Assembly (NCBI GenBank): GCA_963662435.1
Contig: OY759598.1
Coordinates: forward strand, 838,507-902,506
Length of the DNA stretch: 64,000 bases
Reading direction: 5' to 3'
Source: Dehalococcoidia bacterium
Lineage (GTDB): Bacteria; Chloroflexota; Dehalococcoidia; Lucifugimonadales; VXLM01
Part shown: positions 20,471 through 31,232 of the stretch, piece after piece
How positions within the stretch are numbered: position 1 is the first letter of the stretch
Layout of the letters: each line of letters opens with the position of its first letter
Notes under the pieces: model-generated
The model's database searches: none
What the model was told of the DNA's origin: nothing
Seen by the model: the letters and a program-made list of their open reading frames with translations, nothing else
Program-made: the position numbers and the translations under genes

Positions 20471-20612
20471 CTGTAGATTAGAATCTTTAGGCGAGTGGTT
20501 GTTTAGCTTTGTTACAAAATCTCAGATAGCCTTCCCCGTTTAGCCTATTGGACCAAAAGATGCCCTTCGACAGGCTCAGGGCGAACGGATGCCAGCTTCA
20601 CATGGGGCCAGC

Positions 20613-21881
20613 TTAAACGCTGTTGGCTCGGTCGATTTTAGCGCCGGACTGGTAGATGTCGACGACGTTCCAGAGGTGGGTAATGTCGTTGGAAGGGTCG
20701 CCGTCTACGACGAGGACGTCGGCGGCTTTACCGGGTTGGAGGGAACCGACTTCGTCGTCGACCCAGCATGACTTGGCGGAATTGAGAGTGCCCGCGACGA
20801 TGGCATCCATTGGGGACATTCCGCCAGCGACGTGAGCCTCGATCTCGTCCTGGAACTGGGCGATCTTGTGCCAACTCCACGAGGTGTCGGAGCCCGCGGC
20901 CATTTGGACTCCCGCCTCTGCCATGCGAGCGAAGGACTCGAACATGAGGTCGTATCCCTGCATGCCTCGGGAGAAGACCTGCTCTTCTCGCTCAGTGAGT
21001 GGATCGCCGCGCTCGTGTTTCTCGGAAATGACGCGGTAGTTGGCGCGGCTCTCGTTGAGGGTCATGTTGACGTAGACGCCCTGCTCGACGATGCGCTTGG
21101 TGACGTCTTCGCTGTACTTGTAGGTACCGTCGGACTCCATGTGGCGTGCGTGTATGAGGGTGTCAATGCCCGCGTCGAGACAGTTCAGCATGGCCTGGGA
21201 GTTTACGCAGTGGGCGGCGACGTGCTTGCCGAACTTGTGGGCCTCCTCCGCGATGGCGGTCAACTCGTCCACGTTGAATGACGGGACGAAAGGGAACGAA
21301 GTACGGGTGCTGCCGCCGGAGGCGGTGACCTTGATGAAGTCGGCGCCCTCCTTGATGAGTTGACGGACGGCGGCTCGACACTCGGTCGGACCGGTGGCCT
21401 GGATGCCGAAGTAGCTGAGGTGTCCGCCAATGACGGCGACGGGCCGTCCAGCAAGAACCAGGCGGGGAGCCTGCGATATGCCCATTTCGACGGCCTGACG
21501 GAGATGGAAAGTGGTCCGGTTCTTGGCTCCGCAGTCACGAACGGTGGTCACGCCGGAATAGAGGTGTTCACGGGCGTTATTGGCAGACTGGACGGTGAGG
21601 ATTTCGTCGGGAAGCGTCGCAAGGTCGTCTCCCGCCCGTCCATCGCCGATGCCGTTGAGGTGGACGTGGCAGTCGACGAGTCCCGGCAGGAGGGTCTTGC
21701 CTTCGTAGACCACTTCCTGCACGGTCGCTCCCTCCGGTGGTACGACGGACTCCTCCGTCCCTACCGCGGCGATGCGGTCGCCCTCAAGTAGGACTGCACC
21801 GCGTTCCAGAGTCGGAGCGCCTGTGCCGTCGATTAGTCGATCAGCGGTCAGGAGGGTGAAGTCGGTTGCGGGATTGGTCAT
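20613..21881 (-). CDS. Amidohydrolase family protein
   Basis: PGLVDCHVH, GADFIK, AGSD, GKAAD. Confidence 0.9.
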   Translation of the reverse strand: MTNPATDFTLLTADRLIDGTGAPTLERGAVLLEGDRIAAVGTEESVVPPEGATVQEVVYEGKTLLPGLVDCHVHLNGIGDGRAGDDLATLPDEILTVQSANNAREHLYSGVTTVRDCGAKNRTTFHLRQAVEMGISQAPRLVLAGRPVAVIGGHLSYFGIQATGPTECRAAVRQLIKEGADFIKVTASGGSTRTSFPFVPSFNVDELTAIAEEAHKFGKHVAAHCVNSQAMLNCLDAGIDTLIHARHMESDGTYKYSEDVTKRIVEQGVYVNMTLNESRANYRVISEKHERGDPLTEREEQVFSRGMQGYDLMFESFARMAEAGVQMAAGSDTSWSWHKIAQFQDEIEAHVAGGMSPMDAIVAGTLNSAKSCWVDDEVGSLQPGKAADVLVVDGDPSNDITHLWNVVDIYQSGAKIDRANSV

Positions 21882-22061
21882 CAATGAACTCCGGTGCAAA
21901 GTGATGCAAAGTGTGTCTTATCAAGCAGACACCGTAGACGAAGACGGCTCGTCGTGCAAGGCCCAATTGAAAAGGGAGATGAAGTCTATTTGGATAAGCC
22001 CGCCTTCTGTATGTACGGTGACTCCAGATTTGGTTGATTCCCCCCAATACCGTGGTCTACA

Positions 22062-22091
22062 ATAGTTCTTGACTGGAATACTCAACAATAG
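22062..22091 (+). promoter_or_regulatory. IscR/Rrf2-like operator upstream of the suf operon
   Basis: ttgactggaatactcaa is an imperfect palindrome resembling type-1 IscR sites; an Rrf2 gene lies in the operon. Confidence 0.55.
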
Positions 22092-22148
22092 TCATGTTTC
22101 CTACGGAGCGCTCAACTCTAAGAGCCTTCCGGCGGAGGTGAGGATTTC

Positions 22149-23609
22149 TTGACAACGACACAGGTTATTTCGCGAACGTCTGCCATAGATAGTGATTACA
22201 AGTATGGCTTCTATACGGACATCGATTCCGACTTTGCGCCGAAGGGGATCAACGAGGACATCGTTCGTCTCATCTCGGAAAAGAAGGAAGAACCTCAGTG
22301 GATGCTGGACTGGCGGCTAAGAGCATTCCGGCACTGGGTCAAGCAGGAGAACGAGGAGCCGACTTGGGCGAAGGTGGATTTCGACCCCATCGACTACGGT
22401 GACATCTATTATTACGCCGCGCCGAAGTCCAAGGACGGCAGTGACGCTCCCCAGAGTCTCGAAGAGGTGGACCCGGAACTGCTGGAGACATTCAGCAAAC
22501 TGGGCATCCCGCTTGAGGAGCAGAAGCAACTCACAGGTGTGGCCGTGGATGCCGTCTTCGATAGCGTATCGGTTGCGACAACCTACCAGGAGCAGCTCAA
22601 GAAGGCGGGAGTCATCTTCTGCTCGATGACCGAGGCAGTGCGTGACTATCCCGAACTCGTTCAGAAGTATCTCGGATCAGTCGTCCCGTACAGCGACAAT
22701 TTCTACGCAACGCTCAATTCGGCCGTATTCAGCGACGGTTCGTTCGTGTATGTGCCGCCGGGAGTACGGTGCCCGATGGAGCTGATGACGTACTTCCGCA
22801 TAAACGCGCTGGACACCGGTCAATTCGAGAGGACGCTGATCGTCGCCGACGAGGGTTCGTATGTGAGCTACCTCGAAGGGTGCACGGCGCCACTGCGCAA
22901 GACGCACCAACTCCACGCTGCGGTGGTCGAACTAGTGGCACTGGACGGTGCGGAGATCAAGTACTCGACGCTGCAGAACTGGTACCCCGGCGACAAGAAC
23001 GGGGAGGGTGGCGTCTACAACTTCGTCACCAAGCGCGGCAAGGCGTTCAAGGACGCCAAGATATCGTGGACGCAGGTGGAGACGGGATCCGCGATCACGT
23101 GGAAGTACCCCTCTGTCGTGCTGCAGGGGGACAACTCGACGGGGGAGTTCTACTCCGTTGCGCTGGTGAACAACTACCAGCAGGCCGATACTGGGACCAA
23201 GATGATCCACATTGGCAAGGACACCAAGAGCACGATCGTGGCCAAGGGAATCTCCGCAGGCAAGGGGCAGAGCACATATCGAGGTCTCGTCCAGATCATG
23301 CCGTCGGCGGACCGAGCGACGAATTTCACGCAATGCGACTCGCTGTTGGTCGGTGACCAGTGCGGGGCGCACACGGTGCCCTACATCGAGGTGCGCAACC
23401 CGTCGGCGAGGATGGAGCACGAGGCGTCTACGTCGAAGGTGAGCGACGACCAACTCTTCTACTGTCAGCAGCGCGGGATCAACGACGAAGAGGCGCACTA
23501 CATGATCATCAACGGCTTCTGCCGGGGGATATTCCAAGAGCTACCGTTCGAGTTCGCCATGGAGGCCCAGCAGCTTCTGCGTGTCAGCCTCGAAGGGGCG
23601 GTGGGGTAG
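22149..23609 (+). CDS. sufB: Fe-S cluster assembly protein SufB
   Basis: YKYGF, AVFDSVS, GQFERT, EGCTAP, HEASTS. TTG start with ggagg RBS. Confidence 0.97.
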   Translation: MTTTQVISRTSAIDSDYKYGFYTDIDSDFAPKGINEDIVRLISEKKEEPQWMLDWRLRAFRHWVKQENEEPTWAKVDFDPIDYGDIYYYAAPKSKDGSDAPQSLEEVDPELLETFSKLGIPLEEQKQLTGVAVDAVFDSVSVATTYQEQLKKAGVIFCSMTEAVRDYPELVQKYLGSVVPYSDNFYATLNSAVFSDGSFVYVPPGVRCPMELMTYFRINALDTGQFERTLIVADEGSYVSYLEGCTAPLRKTHQLHAAVVELVALDGAEIKYSTLQNWYPGDKNGEGGVYNFVTKRGKAFKDAKISWTQVETGSAITWKYPSVVLQGDNSTGEFYSVALVNNYQQADTGTKMIHIGKDTKSTIVAKGISAGKGQSTYRGLVQIMPSADRATNFTQCDSLLVGDQCGAHTVPYIEVRNPSARMEHEASTSKVSDDQLFYCQQRGINDEEAHYMIINGFCRGIFQELPFEFAMEAQQLLRVSLEGAVG

Positions 23610-23639
23610 CACGTCCTTGCGGAATGTCGAGCAGCGAGT

Positions 23640-24119
23640 ATGCATGACGTTTGCATTTCCGATGACAGGCAGTACCGATATTGGCTTGAGGCGAGGGTCT
23701 CTGACGGTAGCGGTGGTGTGTGCATGTTTCTGATGCTGAATCCAAGTACAGCAGATGGGACGAAATCCGATCCGACGATGAATGCATGCAAGCGCTTTGC
23801 CAGCGACTGGGGATACGGGACGATGCGGGCGTTAAACCTCTTCGCCCTGAGATCTCCCTATCCGAAAACCCTGATAGAGAATGTAGATCCTGTTGGGCCC
23901 GAAAACGATGGATGGATCGTGCGGAGCGCCAGGGACGCAGACGTGATTGTGTGCGCCTGGGGCAATCATGGAATTCATCTTAGTCGCGACAGCCGTGTCC
24001 TTCGTATGCTTGAAAGTGAAGGCCAGTCGGGGAAATTGCGGCACCTTGGTCTGACTAAACTCGGCCAACCGCGTCATCCCCTGCGGATTAGGGCCGAAAC
24101 GAAGCCAGCGGGCTTTTGA
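23640..24119 (+). CDS. DUF1643 family protein
   Basis: YRYWL, MLNPSTAD, DPT, NLFA, AWG, PRHPL. Confidence 0.85.
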   Translation: MHDVCISDDRQYRYWLEARVSDGSGGVCMFLMLNPSTADGTKSDPTMNACKRFASDWGYGTMRALNLFALRSPYPKTLIENVDPVGPENDGWIVRSARDADVIVCAWGNHGIHLSRDSRVLRMLESEGQSGKLRHLGLTKLGQPRHPLRIRAETKPAGF

Positions 24120-24151
24120 AACTGAATAAACACGAGAGAAGTACTGTAGCA

Positions 24152-24913
24152 ATGCTTGAGATTCACGACCTTCATGTTGAGGTAAACGGAACAAGAATCC
24201 TAATGGGCGTCGACCTGACCGTGAAAGCGGGCGAGGTACACGCGATCATGGGGCCGAACGGCAGTGGCAAGAGCACGCTGGCTAATGCCGTGGCCGGGCG
24301 GCCGGGCTACGACGTAATCGACGGCGATATCCTGTTCGAGGGTGAGAGCATTCTCGAATGGTTGCCGGACCAACGCGCTCGCGCGGGCGTATTTCTTGCG
24401 ATGCAGTACCCGGTTGAGTTGCCTGGCGTGCGCAATCGACAGTTCCTCAAGGCAGCGCTCGACGCCTTGAGGGAGGAGCGGGGTGAGGACGAACTGTCGG
24501 CACGGGAGTTCGACACACTGTACCGCAAGAGAGTCGCGGAGATTGGGATGAGCGAAGACCTGTCTCGACGGAACGTCAATGAGGGCTTCTCCGGCGGCGA
24601 GAAGAAGCGCAATGAAATTCTGCAGATGGCAGTTCTCACGCCGAGGCTGGCGCTGCTGGATGAGACCGACTCCGGATTGGACATCGATGCGCTGAGGACG
24701 GTGGCCGACGGGGTTAATTCGTATAGGCGCCCGGACAACGCGATGGTGCTCGTTACTCACTACCAGCGCATTCTCAACTACGTGACGCCCGATTACGTGC
24801 ACGTCTTGGTGGACGGCAGGATTGTCCGGTCTGGTGGCAAGGAGTTGGCGCTGCAGCTGGAAGAAAAGGGGTATGACTGGATCGTTCAGGAGGCTGCGGT
24901 GGCAGGGCATTAG
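24152..24913 (+). CDS. sufC: Fe-S assembly ATPase SufC
   Basis: GPNGSGKST, NEGFSGGEKKRNE, DETDSGLD. Confidence 0.96.
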   Translation: MLEIHDLHVEVNGTRILMGVDLTVKAGEVHAIMGPNGSGKSTLANAVAGRPGYDVIDGDILFEGESILEWLPDQRARAGVFLAMQYPVELPGVRNRQFLKAALDALREERGEDELSAREFDTLYRKRVAEIGMSEDLSRRNVNEGFSGGEKKRNEILQMAVLTPRLALLDETDSGLDIDALRTVADGVNSYRRPDNAMVLVTHYQRILNYVTPDYVHVLVDGRIVRSGGKELALQLEEKGYDWIVQEAAVAGH

Positions 24914-24963
24914 TGGGCTTAGAATGCCCCCGAAGAATTGGGTGACTTGCCAGGGCGAAAACT

Positions 24964-25329
24964 ATGGGTACTTTCAGCGTAGAGATTGAGATTGGCGGAC
25001 AGGACAGGGAGAGTTGGGCATCTGTGGCCGCCTTGGTGGACACGGGGGCGTCAATAACGTCGGCGCCCGCGTCTGTGCTCAGAGAGTTGGGTGTCGAGCC
25101 TGCTGCGAAACAGCAATTCCAGTTTGCGCAGGGTGAAACCAGAACGATGGACATCGGCTATGCAAGGGTGCGATTTGAAGGAAGGGAGATCATCACCCAG
25201 GTGCTCTTCAATGATGAGGGGACGCATCCGCTATTGGGAGCAATGGCGCTCGAAGGGGCGTATTTAGGTGTTGATCCTGTTGGCAAGCGACTAGTCCCCG
25301 TACCGGGCCTGATGATGAGAACAATTTGA
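24964..25329 (+). CDS. Single-domain retropepsin-like aspartyl protease
   Basis: ALVDTGA and LLGAMALE. Confidence 0.85.
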   Translation: MGTFSVEIEIGGQDRESWASVAALVDTGASITSAPASVLRELGVEPAAKQQFQFAQGETRTMDIGYARVRFEGREIITQVLFNDEGTHPLLGAMALEGAYLGVDPVGKRLVPVPGLMMRTI

Positions 25330-25331
25330 CT

Positions 25332-26678
25332 ATGACCTCGACTCCAACCACATATGACCGCTACGCCGAGCAATTCGACCGTCTTCCTCTGACCGGGCCT
25401 AAGTGGCTGGATGAACTCAGGCGGAGAGGAATGGACGGCTTCTCAACTCTCGGGTTTCCGACATCTCGGAGGGACAACGAGAAGTGGAAGTACACGAATC
25501 TCGGAGCGCTGGCGAACACGACGTTTGGATACCCGGATCGACCCGGCATCGTTGATGCTGAGCTTCTTGCGTCTCTCGTTCCAAACTCCGATGACTGGGT
25601 TCAACTCGTCTTTGTCGACGGGCAATTCTCGCCGGAACATTCCAAGAGCGCATACGCCGGGAATGCTGTGGCCGTAAGCAGACTCGGCGATGCGGCCGGT
25701 CTTGGTCAGAACGGTGCAAGCGAGCGACTTGGCTCATTGGCCGGTGTCGAATCGGATGGATTCACGGCGTTGAACACGGCGTTCGCCACGGACGGGGCGG
25801 TAGTGAAGGTCTCGGCCGGGGGCAAGGCCCCGACGGTCCACCTGGCATTTGTGACGACCGAGCATGGTGAGGCGATTGCTACGCATCCCCGGGTTTTGGT
25901 CATGGCTGAGGAGAACAGCGAGTGCACAGTCGTCGAGAGCTATGTCGGTGTTGGAGAATCGATGTATTTCACGAACTCCGTGAGCGAGATCATTCTCGAT
26001 TCCGGCGCGCAGGTTGAGCACTACCGGCTGATGATGGACTCGCCAAGCGCGTTCCATATTGGAAGCACGCCGGTGAAGCTGGGTGCCGACAGCACGTTCA
26101 AAACGCTTTCGTTCGCGAGGGGTGGACGGGTAGCTCGGAACGGGCTGCACGTGATGCTCGACGCGCCAGGCAGCTCATGCGTTGTGGGCGGCCTGTACTT
26201 CACCTACGGAACGCAGCACATCGACAACCATATCGTGATCGATCACCTCAAGCCTCATACAAGCAGCGACTTGTACTTCAAGGGCATATTGGACGACCGG
26301 TCGAGAGCGGTTTTCAGTGGTGGGGTCATCGTTCATCCAAACGCGCAAAAGAGCGAGGCGTACCAGAAGGACCAGAATCTCCTACTGTCCGAGGGGGCGA
26401 GGATCAACACCAAGCCGATGCTGGAGATTTACGCCGACGACATCAAGGCAACGCATGGGGCGACGGCTGGAGCCGTTGCGGACGAGGCGATCTTCTACAT
26501 GCGGAGCCGGGGAATCGACGAAAGCACCGCGCGGGACCTCCTGGTGCACGGATTCGCCACAGAGATTATCGACAAGGTTGGCCTGGAGCCGCTGCGGGAG
26601 TATCTCGACACTCTGTTCTCGGGTGGGCTGCCCGGGGCCGCGTCGGACGGGACGGAAGGTAGCAAGAGACGTGGATGA
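25332..26678 (+). CDS. sufD: Fe-S assembly protein SufD
   Basis: EKWKYT, LEIYADDIKATHGAT, FYMRSRGI. Confidence 0.94.
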   Translation: MTSTPTTYDRYAEQFDRLPLTGPKWLDELRRRGMDGFSTLGFPTSRRDNEKWKYTNLGALANTTFGYPDRPGIVDAELLASLVPNSDDWVQLVFVDGQFSPEHSKSAYAGNAVAVSRLGDAAGLGQNGASERLGSLAGVESDGFTALNTAFATDGAVVKVSAGGKAPTVHLAFVTTEHGEAIATHPRVLVMAEENSECTVVESYVGVGESMYFTNSVSEIILDSGAQVEHYRLMMDSPSAFHIGSTPVKLGADSTFKTLSFARGGRVARNGLHVMLDAPGSSCVVGGLYFTYGTQHIDNHIVIDHLKPHTSSDLYFKGILDDRSRAVFSGGVIVHPNAQKSEAYQKDQNLLLSEGARINTKPMLEIYADDIKATHGATAGAVADEAIFYMRSRGIDESTARDLLVHGFATEIIDKVGLEPLREYLDTLFSGGLPGAASDGTEGSKRRG

Positions 26679-27120
26679 ACTGGAAGAGCTGTACCAGGAG
26701 ATTGTGCTCGAGCACAACCGGAAGCCGCGCAACTTCCGGAAGATGGATGACCCGACATGTACGTCGCACGGATTTAACCCGTTTTGTGGAGACACGATCA
26801 CTTTATATATGACGCTGGATGATGATGTCGTGTCGGACGTGTCGTTCGAGGCGGCAGGATGCGCGATATCCAAGGCATCCGCGTCGCTGATGACTCAGGC
26901 TGTCAAGGGGCGAACCGTGGAAGAGGCGCAGGAGACTTTTGGGAAGTTCCACGACCTTGTGACACATGGCGCCAATGGCGACGTTGACGACGAGAGCCTG
27001 GGCGATCTTGTAGTTCTGGCGGGCGTGAGGGCGTTCCCGACGAGGATCAAGTGCGCGACGCTCTCATGGCACGCGCTTCGAGGGGCATTGGAAGGCGAGG
27101 AGACTGTTTCGACGGAATAG
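26671..27120 (+). CDS. sufU: SufU/IscU-like scaffold, copy 1
   Basis: GTG start overlapping the sufD stop region; LYQEIVLEH, NPFCGD, GCAIS, RIKCA. Confidence 0.9.
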   Translation: MDELEELYQEIVLEHNRKPRNFRKMDDPTCTSHGFNPFCGDTITLYMTLDDDVVSDVSFEAAGCAISKASASLMTQAVKGRTVEEAQETFGKFHDLVTHGANGDVDDESLGDLVVLAGVRAFPTRIKCATLSWHALRGALEGEETVSTE

Positions 27121-27130
27121 GAGGCCGACA

Positions 27131-27595
27131 ATGCACGTTCCGGTACAGGTTGACTACGGTGTTCGGGCGCTGGTGGATCTGGCGCAACATTCTGATGAGA
27201 CGGCCGTGCGTGCCTCCGTGATCGCTGGACGGCAGGGAATTCCGGAACAGTACCTTGCGCGTGTGCTCCATTCACTCCAACGGCACGGTCTCACCAAGGC
27301 CCAACGTGGGCCACTTGGCGGGCATTCACTAGCGAGACGACCGTCCGAAATAACGATGGGCGCCGTCATGACCTATCTGGGCGGCCCTGTCGCGCTGGTG
27401 GCGTGTCTCGATGACGCGGGAAACTGCGAACAGTCGTCGTGCTGCGGGCAGCAGTCGGTCTGGCGGGAGGCAGAAGCGGCGATGTGGAAAGTGCTTAATG
27501 AGACCACGATCGCCGACGTTGTTGAACGTATGCCCGCTCCTCCACGGGAAAAGGCACCAGCGTCATCAGCATTAGAGGGGTCACTTACGATATGA
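27131..27595 (+). CDS. Rrf2-family regulator (IscR-like, Cys-containing)
   Basis: DYGVRAL, RGPLGG, C-x6-C-x4-CC. Confidence 0.9.
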   Translation: MHVPVQVDYGVRALVDLAQHSDETAVRASVIAGRQGIPEQYLARVLHSLQRHGLTKAQRGPLGGHSLARRPSEITMGAVMTYLGGPVALVACLDDAGNCEQSSCCGQQSVWREAEAAMWKVLNETTIADVVERMPAPPREKAPASSALEGSLTI

Positions 27596-28857
27596 CATCA
27601 GCTGGCTTGAAGGCGGCGAATTCACTGGACGTGCAGGCGTTGCGCGCGGACTTTCCCATTCTTTCGCGGACTGTGAACGGCAAGCCGCTTGTATACCTCG
27701 ACAACGCGGCCACGACACAGAAGCCTCATTCGGTGATCCGGTCTCTGGTCGACTATTACGAGAATTACAACGCCAACGTGCACCGGGGTGTGCATACCCT
27801 GAGCATGGAGGCCACCGACATGACCGAGGCGGCTCGGAAGAAAGTGGCGGACTTCATCAACGCCGAGGAGTCGGAGACTGTCATCTGGACACGTAACGCC
27901 ACCGAAGGTATGAACCTTGTGGCGCACTCTTGGGGTAAGGAGCACATCGGGCGGGGAGACGAGATCGTCACGACTCCGATGGAGCACCACAGCAACCTGG
28001 TGCCCTGGCAGGAGATCGCAGCTGAACGTGGGGCTGCTATTCGGTTCATTCCACTCAAGGATGACGGGACGCTTGATTTGAGCGATGTGGACTCCATCAT
28101 CACTGAGCGGACGAAATTGTTGGCGTTCACGCACGCCTCGAACTCGCTGGGGACGATCAATCCCGCCAAGTTCCTGACAGAGAAGGCCCACGCGGTAGGA
28201 GCGACGGTTCTCGTGGACGGGGCACAGAGCGTTCCTCACATGTCTGTTGACGTTCAGGACATCGGATGCGATTTCCTTTCGTTCTCAGGGCACAAGATGA
28301 TGGGGCCAACGGGAATCGGCGCGCTTTATGGCAAGAGGGAACTACTGCAAGACATGGAGCCGTTCCTGACCGGGGGCGAGATGGTGCTTCAGGTCACCTA
28401 TGAGAAGGCGTCGTGGGCGGACCTGCCCTGGAAATTCGAGGCAGGAACGCCGAACATCGCGGACTCCATCGGCATGGGGGCGGCGGTCGACTATCTGACG
28501 ATGCTGGGAATGGAGAACGTCCGGGAGCACGAGAAGCTGATCACAGCCTATGCGCTGGAACGGTTCAAGGAGATCGAGGAAGTGGACGTCTTCGGTCCTC
28601 AGGATCCTGAACTGCGCGGCGGGGTCATTTCCTTCCACAACGAGGATGTGCATCCGCACGACTTGGGGACGTATCTTGACCAGCAGGGAATCGCGGTACG
28701 TACGGGGCACCACTGTACGATGCCGCTCATGGGCAAGCTTGGTGTGCCCGCGACGGCTAGAGCGTCATTCTACGTCTATAACACCGAGCAGGAAGTTGAC
28801 GTTCTGGTTGACGCGGTAAAAGGGGCCTTGCGATACTTTGGCAATGGAATCGCCTAG
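27592..28857 (+). CDS. sufS: Cysteine desulfurase SufS
   Basis: YLDNAAT, SGHK, EAGTP, RTGHHC. Confidence 0.96.
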   Translation: MTSAGLKAANSLDVQALRADFPILSRTVNGKPLVYLDNAATTQKPHSVIRSLVDYYENYNANVHRGVHTLSMEATDMTEAARKKVADFINAEESETVIWTRNATEGMNLVAHSWGKEHIGRGDEIVTTPMEHHSNLVPWQEIAAERGAAIRFIPLKDDGTLDLSDVDSIITERTKLLAFTHASNSLGTINPAKFLTEKAHAVGATVLVDGAQSVPHMSVDVQDIGCDFLSFSGHKMMGPTGIGALYGKRELLQDMEPFLTGGEMVLQVTYEKASWADLPWKFEAGTPNIADSIGMGAAVDYLTMLGMENVREHEKLITAYALERFKEIEEVDVFGPQDPELRGGVISFHNEDVHPHDLGTYLDQQGIAVRTGHHCTMPLMGKLGVPATARASFYVYNTEQEVDVLVDAVKGALRYFGNGIA

Positions 28858-29290
28858 CCTCGACGAACTCTACCACGACGCCATCCTCGATCACCGTCGC
28901 AATCCCCGCAATCAAGCCGTTCTCGACTCTCCAGACGCCTCTGCAAAGGCGATCAATCCGTTTTGCGGAGACGAGGTCGACATCCAACTCACGTTCTTGA
29001 AGGGACGGGTGTCTGATATTGGCGTGCAGGCGGTCGGGTGCTCCATCAACCAGTCGACTGCCTCGATGCTGTCGGAAGCGGTAGTGGGAAAGACGGCGGA
29101 GGAAATGCGGCATCTGGCGGGGGTGTTCGAGGGCATCATGGAAGGGGCTTCGCCCTCGGCGAGCGAGGCGGCTGAAATGTTTGATCTGCCCACACTATCA
29201 GCTGTGCGGGAGTACCCGGTGCGGATCAAATGCGCGCTGCTGTCCTGGTCGGCGCTGGATGAAGCGTTGGGTGGGTATAGTCGGGCGTAG
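28844..29290 (+). CDS. sufU: SufU/IscU-like scaffold, copy 2
   Basis: ILDH, NPFCGD, GCSIN, RIKCA. Confidence 0.88.
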   Translation: MESPSLDELYHDAILDHRRNPRNQAVLDSPDASAKAINPFCGDEVDIQLTFLKGRVSDIGVQAVGCSINQSTASMLSEAVVGKTAEEMRHLAGVFEGIMEGASPSASEAAEMFDLPTLSAVREYPVRIKCALLSWSALDEALGGYSRA

Positions 29291-29336
29291 TTTCGATTCG
29301 CGCTATTTCCGACCCATTCACGCTGACCGAGTTTCC

Positions 29337-29363
29337 TGGATTCCGGCCTCCACTGGAATGACG
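29337..29363. repeat. REP-like family C (TGGATTCCGGCCT-CGCCGGAATGAC)
   Basis: Further copies at 41259-41288, 42004-42031 and 54716-54744; degenerate copy at about 19591. Confidence 0.82.
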
Positions 29364-29391
29364 TCGGAAATAAGTTTAGATGGCGCCATTC

Positions 29392-30753
29392 CTATGTTCG
29401 TTTCCAGGAGGTGCCGCCGGGGTTGTCTTCGAGGACGTAGCCGAGGTCGGCTAGCTGGTCGCGGATGGAGTCGGCGAGGTCGTATTGCTTGGCGGCGCGC
29501 AGGCCGGCGCGGGTGTCGATTAGCAGGCCGATGAGCGCGTCGACGTCGGCGCTCCCGTCCAAATCGGGCTCTTCGAGGGTGAGACCCAGAACCCCTGTTA
29601 GCTCTCTTAGCACGGACTGGGCTTCTGATACGTCTTGGTCTGCCTCGCGGGCGCGGTTGATGTCGCGGCTCATGTCGAAGAGGACGGCGAGGGCGCGGGG
29701 AGTATTGAGGTCGTCGTCCATGGCTTCGATGAACTTTTCGCGATAGGGCGACGGGTCGAGTGAGTCGAAATAGTCTTTGCTCTCCACGTTTGCGGCACGT
29801 CGGAGCCGTTCGACGGCGCGTTCCTGTGCCTCGACAATATCCACTCGGTAGACGAGGGGAGATCGGTAGTGGGAGTTGAGGAAGAAGAGCCGCAGGGCGT
29901 CGGAGGAGTGTTTTTCGAGGGCCTCTCCGAGGGTGACGATGTTGCCAAGAGACTTGCTCATCTTCTCGTCACCAAGCTCGACCATGCCGTTGTGCATCCA
30001 GAATTGCGCCATTGGCGGATTTCCTGTGCAGGCTTCGGTCTGGGCGATCTCGTTTTCGTGATGTGGGAAGATTAGGTCCTGGCCGCCGCCGTGGATGTCG
30101 ATGTTCTCCCCCAGATACTCGGCCGCCATGGCACTGCACTCGATGTGCCATCCTGGACGGCCCTTGCCCCAGGGACTGTCCCACGCGGGTTCACCGGGCT
30201 TCTGAGCCTTCCACAGGGCGAAGTCGAGGCCGTCGCGCTTTCGTTGATCGACGTCGATACGGGCACCGACGCGGAGGCTCTCAACGTCGCGTCCGCTGAG
30301 GCGTCCGTAGCCGGGGTCGCTTCGGACGTGGAAGTAGACATCGCCGTCCACGTCATAGGCGACCTCATTGTCGATCATAGTCTGGACCATTTCGATGATC
30401 CTTGGGATCTCTTCAGTAGCCCTGGGGTAGAGGTGGGCGGGAAGGATGTTGAGTGCTTCCATCTGTTCGAGGTAGAGGGCGATGTTGCGCTCTGCAAGCT
30501 CATGGACCGTGTCGCCTTCCTCGGCGGCGCGGTCGATCATCTTGTCGTCTATGTCGGTAAAATTCTCGACGAACTTGACCTGGTATCCACGAAACTCCAG
30601 GTAGCGCCGGACCACATCAAAGATGACCGAACGCATTGCGTGGCCGACGTGGGCCTCGGAGTACGGGGTGAGGCCACAGACGTACATGCGAACGACGCTA
30701 TCGAGGGGTGTAAATTCCTGAACGGTACGGGAGAGGGTGCTGTAGAACTTCAT
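29392..30753 (-). CDS. cysS: Cysteine--tRNA ligase
   Basis: [21 protein letters not shown]. Confidence 0.97.
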   Translation of the reverse strand: MKFYSTLSRTVQEFTPLDSVVRMYVCGLTPYSEAHVGHAMRSVIFDVVRRYLEFRGYQVKFVENFTDIDDKMIDRAAEEGDTVHELAERNIALYLEQMEALNILPAHLYPRATEEIPRIIEMVQTMIDNEVAYDVDGDVYFHVRSDPGYGRLSGRDVESLRVGARIDVDQRKRDGLDFALWKAQKPGEPAWDSPWGKGRPGWHIECSAMAAEYLGENIDIHGGGQDLIFPHHENEIAQTEACTGNPPMAQFWMHNGMVELGDEKMSKSLGNIVTLGEALEKHSSDALRLFFLNSHYRSPLVYRVDIVEAQERAVERLRRAANVESKDYFDSLDPSPYREKFIEAMDDDLNTPRALAVLFDMSRDINRAREADQDVSEAQSVLRELTGVLGLTLEEPDLDGSADVDALIGLLIDTRAGLRAAKQYDLADSIRDQLADLGYVLEDNPGGTSWKRT

Positions 30754-31232
30754 TCGATGGATTCCAGAGTGGCTACCGCGAGGGCGGCGATGCCTTCGCG
30801 TCTGCCGGTGAAGCCGAGGCCGTCGGTCGTCGTGGCCTTGACGTTAACCATATTCGCATCGAGGCCAAGGGCGACCGATAGGTTGTTCGCCATCTGCGAG
30901 ACGAACTGATTCAACCTCGGTTCCTCGGCAATAATTGTAGCATCGACGTAGGTTACCCGCCAACCTGAATCGGCGAGTAACTCGCGCGTTGCTCTAAGTA
31001 AAGCTATGCTGTCAACACCCTCATATCGTTCATCGCTCGAAGGGAAGTGGGTACCGATATCGCCGAGCCCCGCGCCTCCGAGGGCAGCGTCAATGACGGC
31101 ATGAGTGAGAGTGTCCCCATCACTGTGCCCTTTGAGGCCGCTGAAGTGCGGCACAGTCACACCACCGAGGACCAGGGGACGGCTGGCAATCAATGGGTGG
31201 ACGTCGAATCCGATTCCTGAACGCATGGTCAT
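30750..31232 (-). CDS. ispF: MECDP synthase
   Basis: GFDVH, GHSDGD, GDIGTHFP, KATTT. Confidence 0.96.
   Translation of the reverse strand: MTMRSGIGFDVHPLIASRPLVLGGVTVPHFSGLKGHSDGDTLTHAVIDAALGGAGLGDIGTHFPSSDERYEGVDSIALLRATRELLADSGWRVTYVDATIIAEEPRLNQFVSQMANNLSVALGLDANMVNVKATTTDGLGFTGRREGIAALAVATLESIE

Noticed and set aside
24961..25334. actatg direct repeat as a TSD of the protease insertion
   Set aside because: Half of it is the obligatory start codon, so it is too weak to count.
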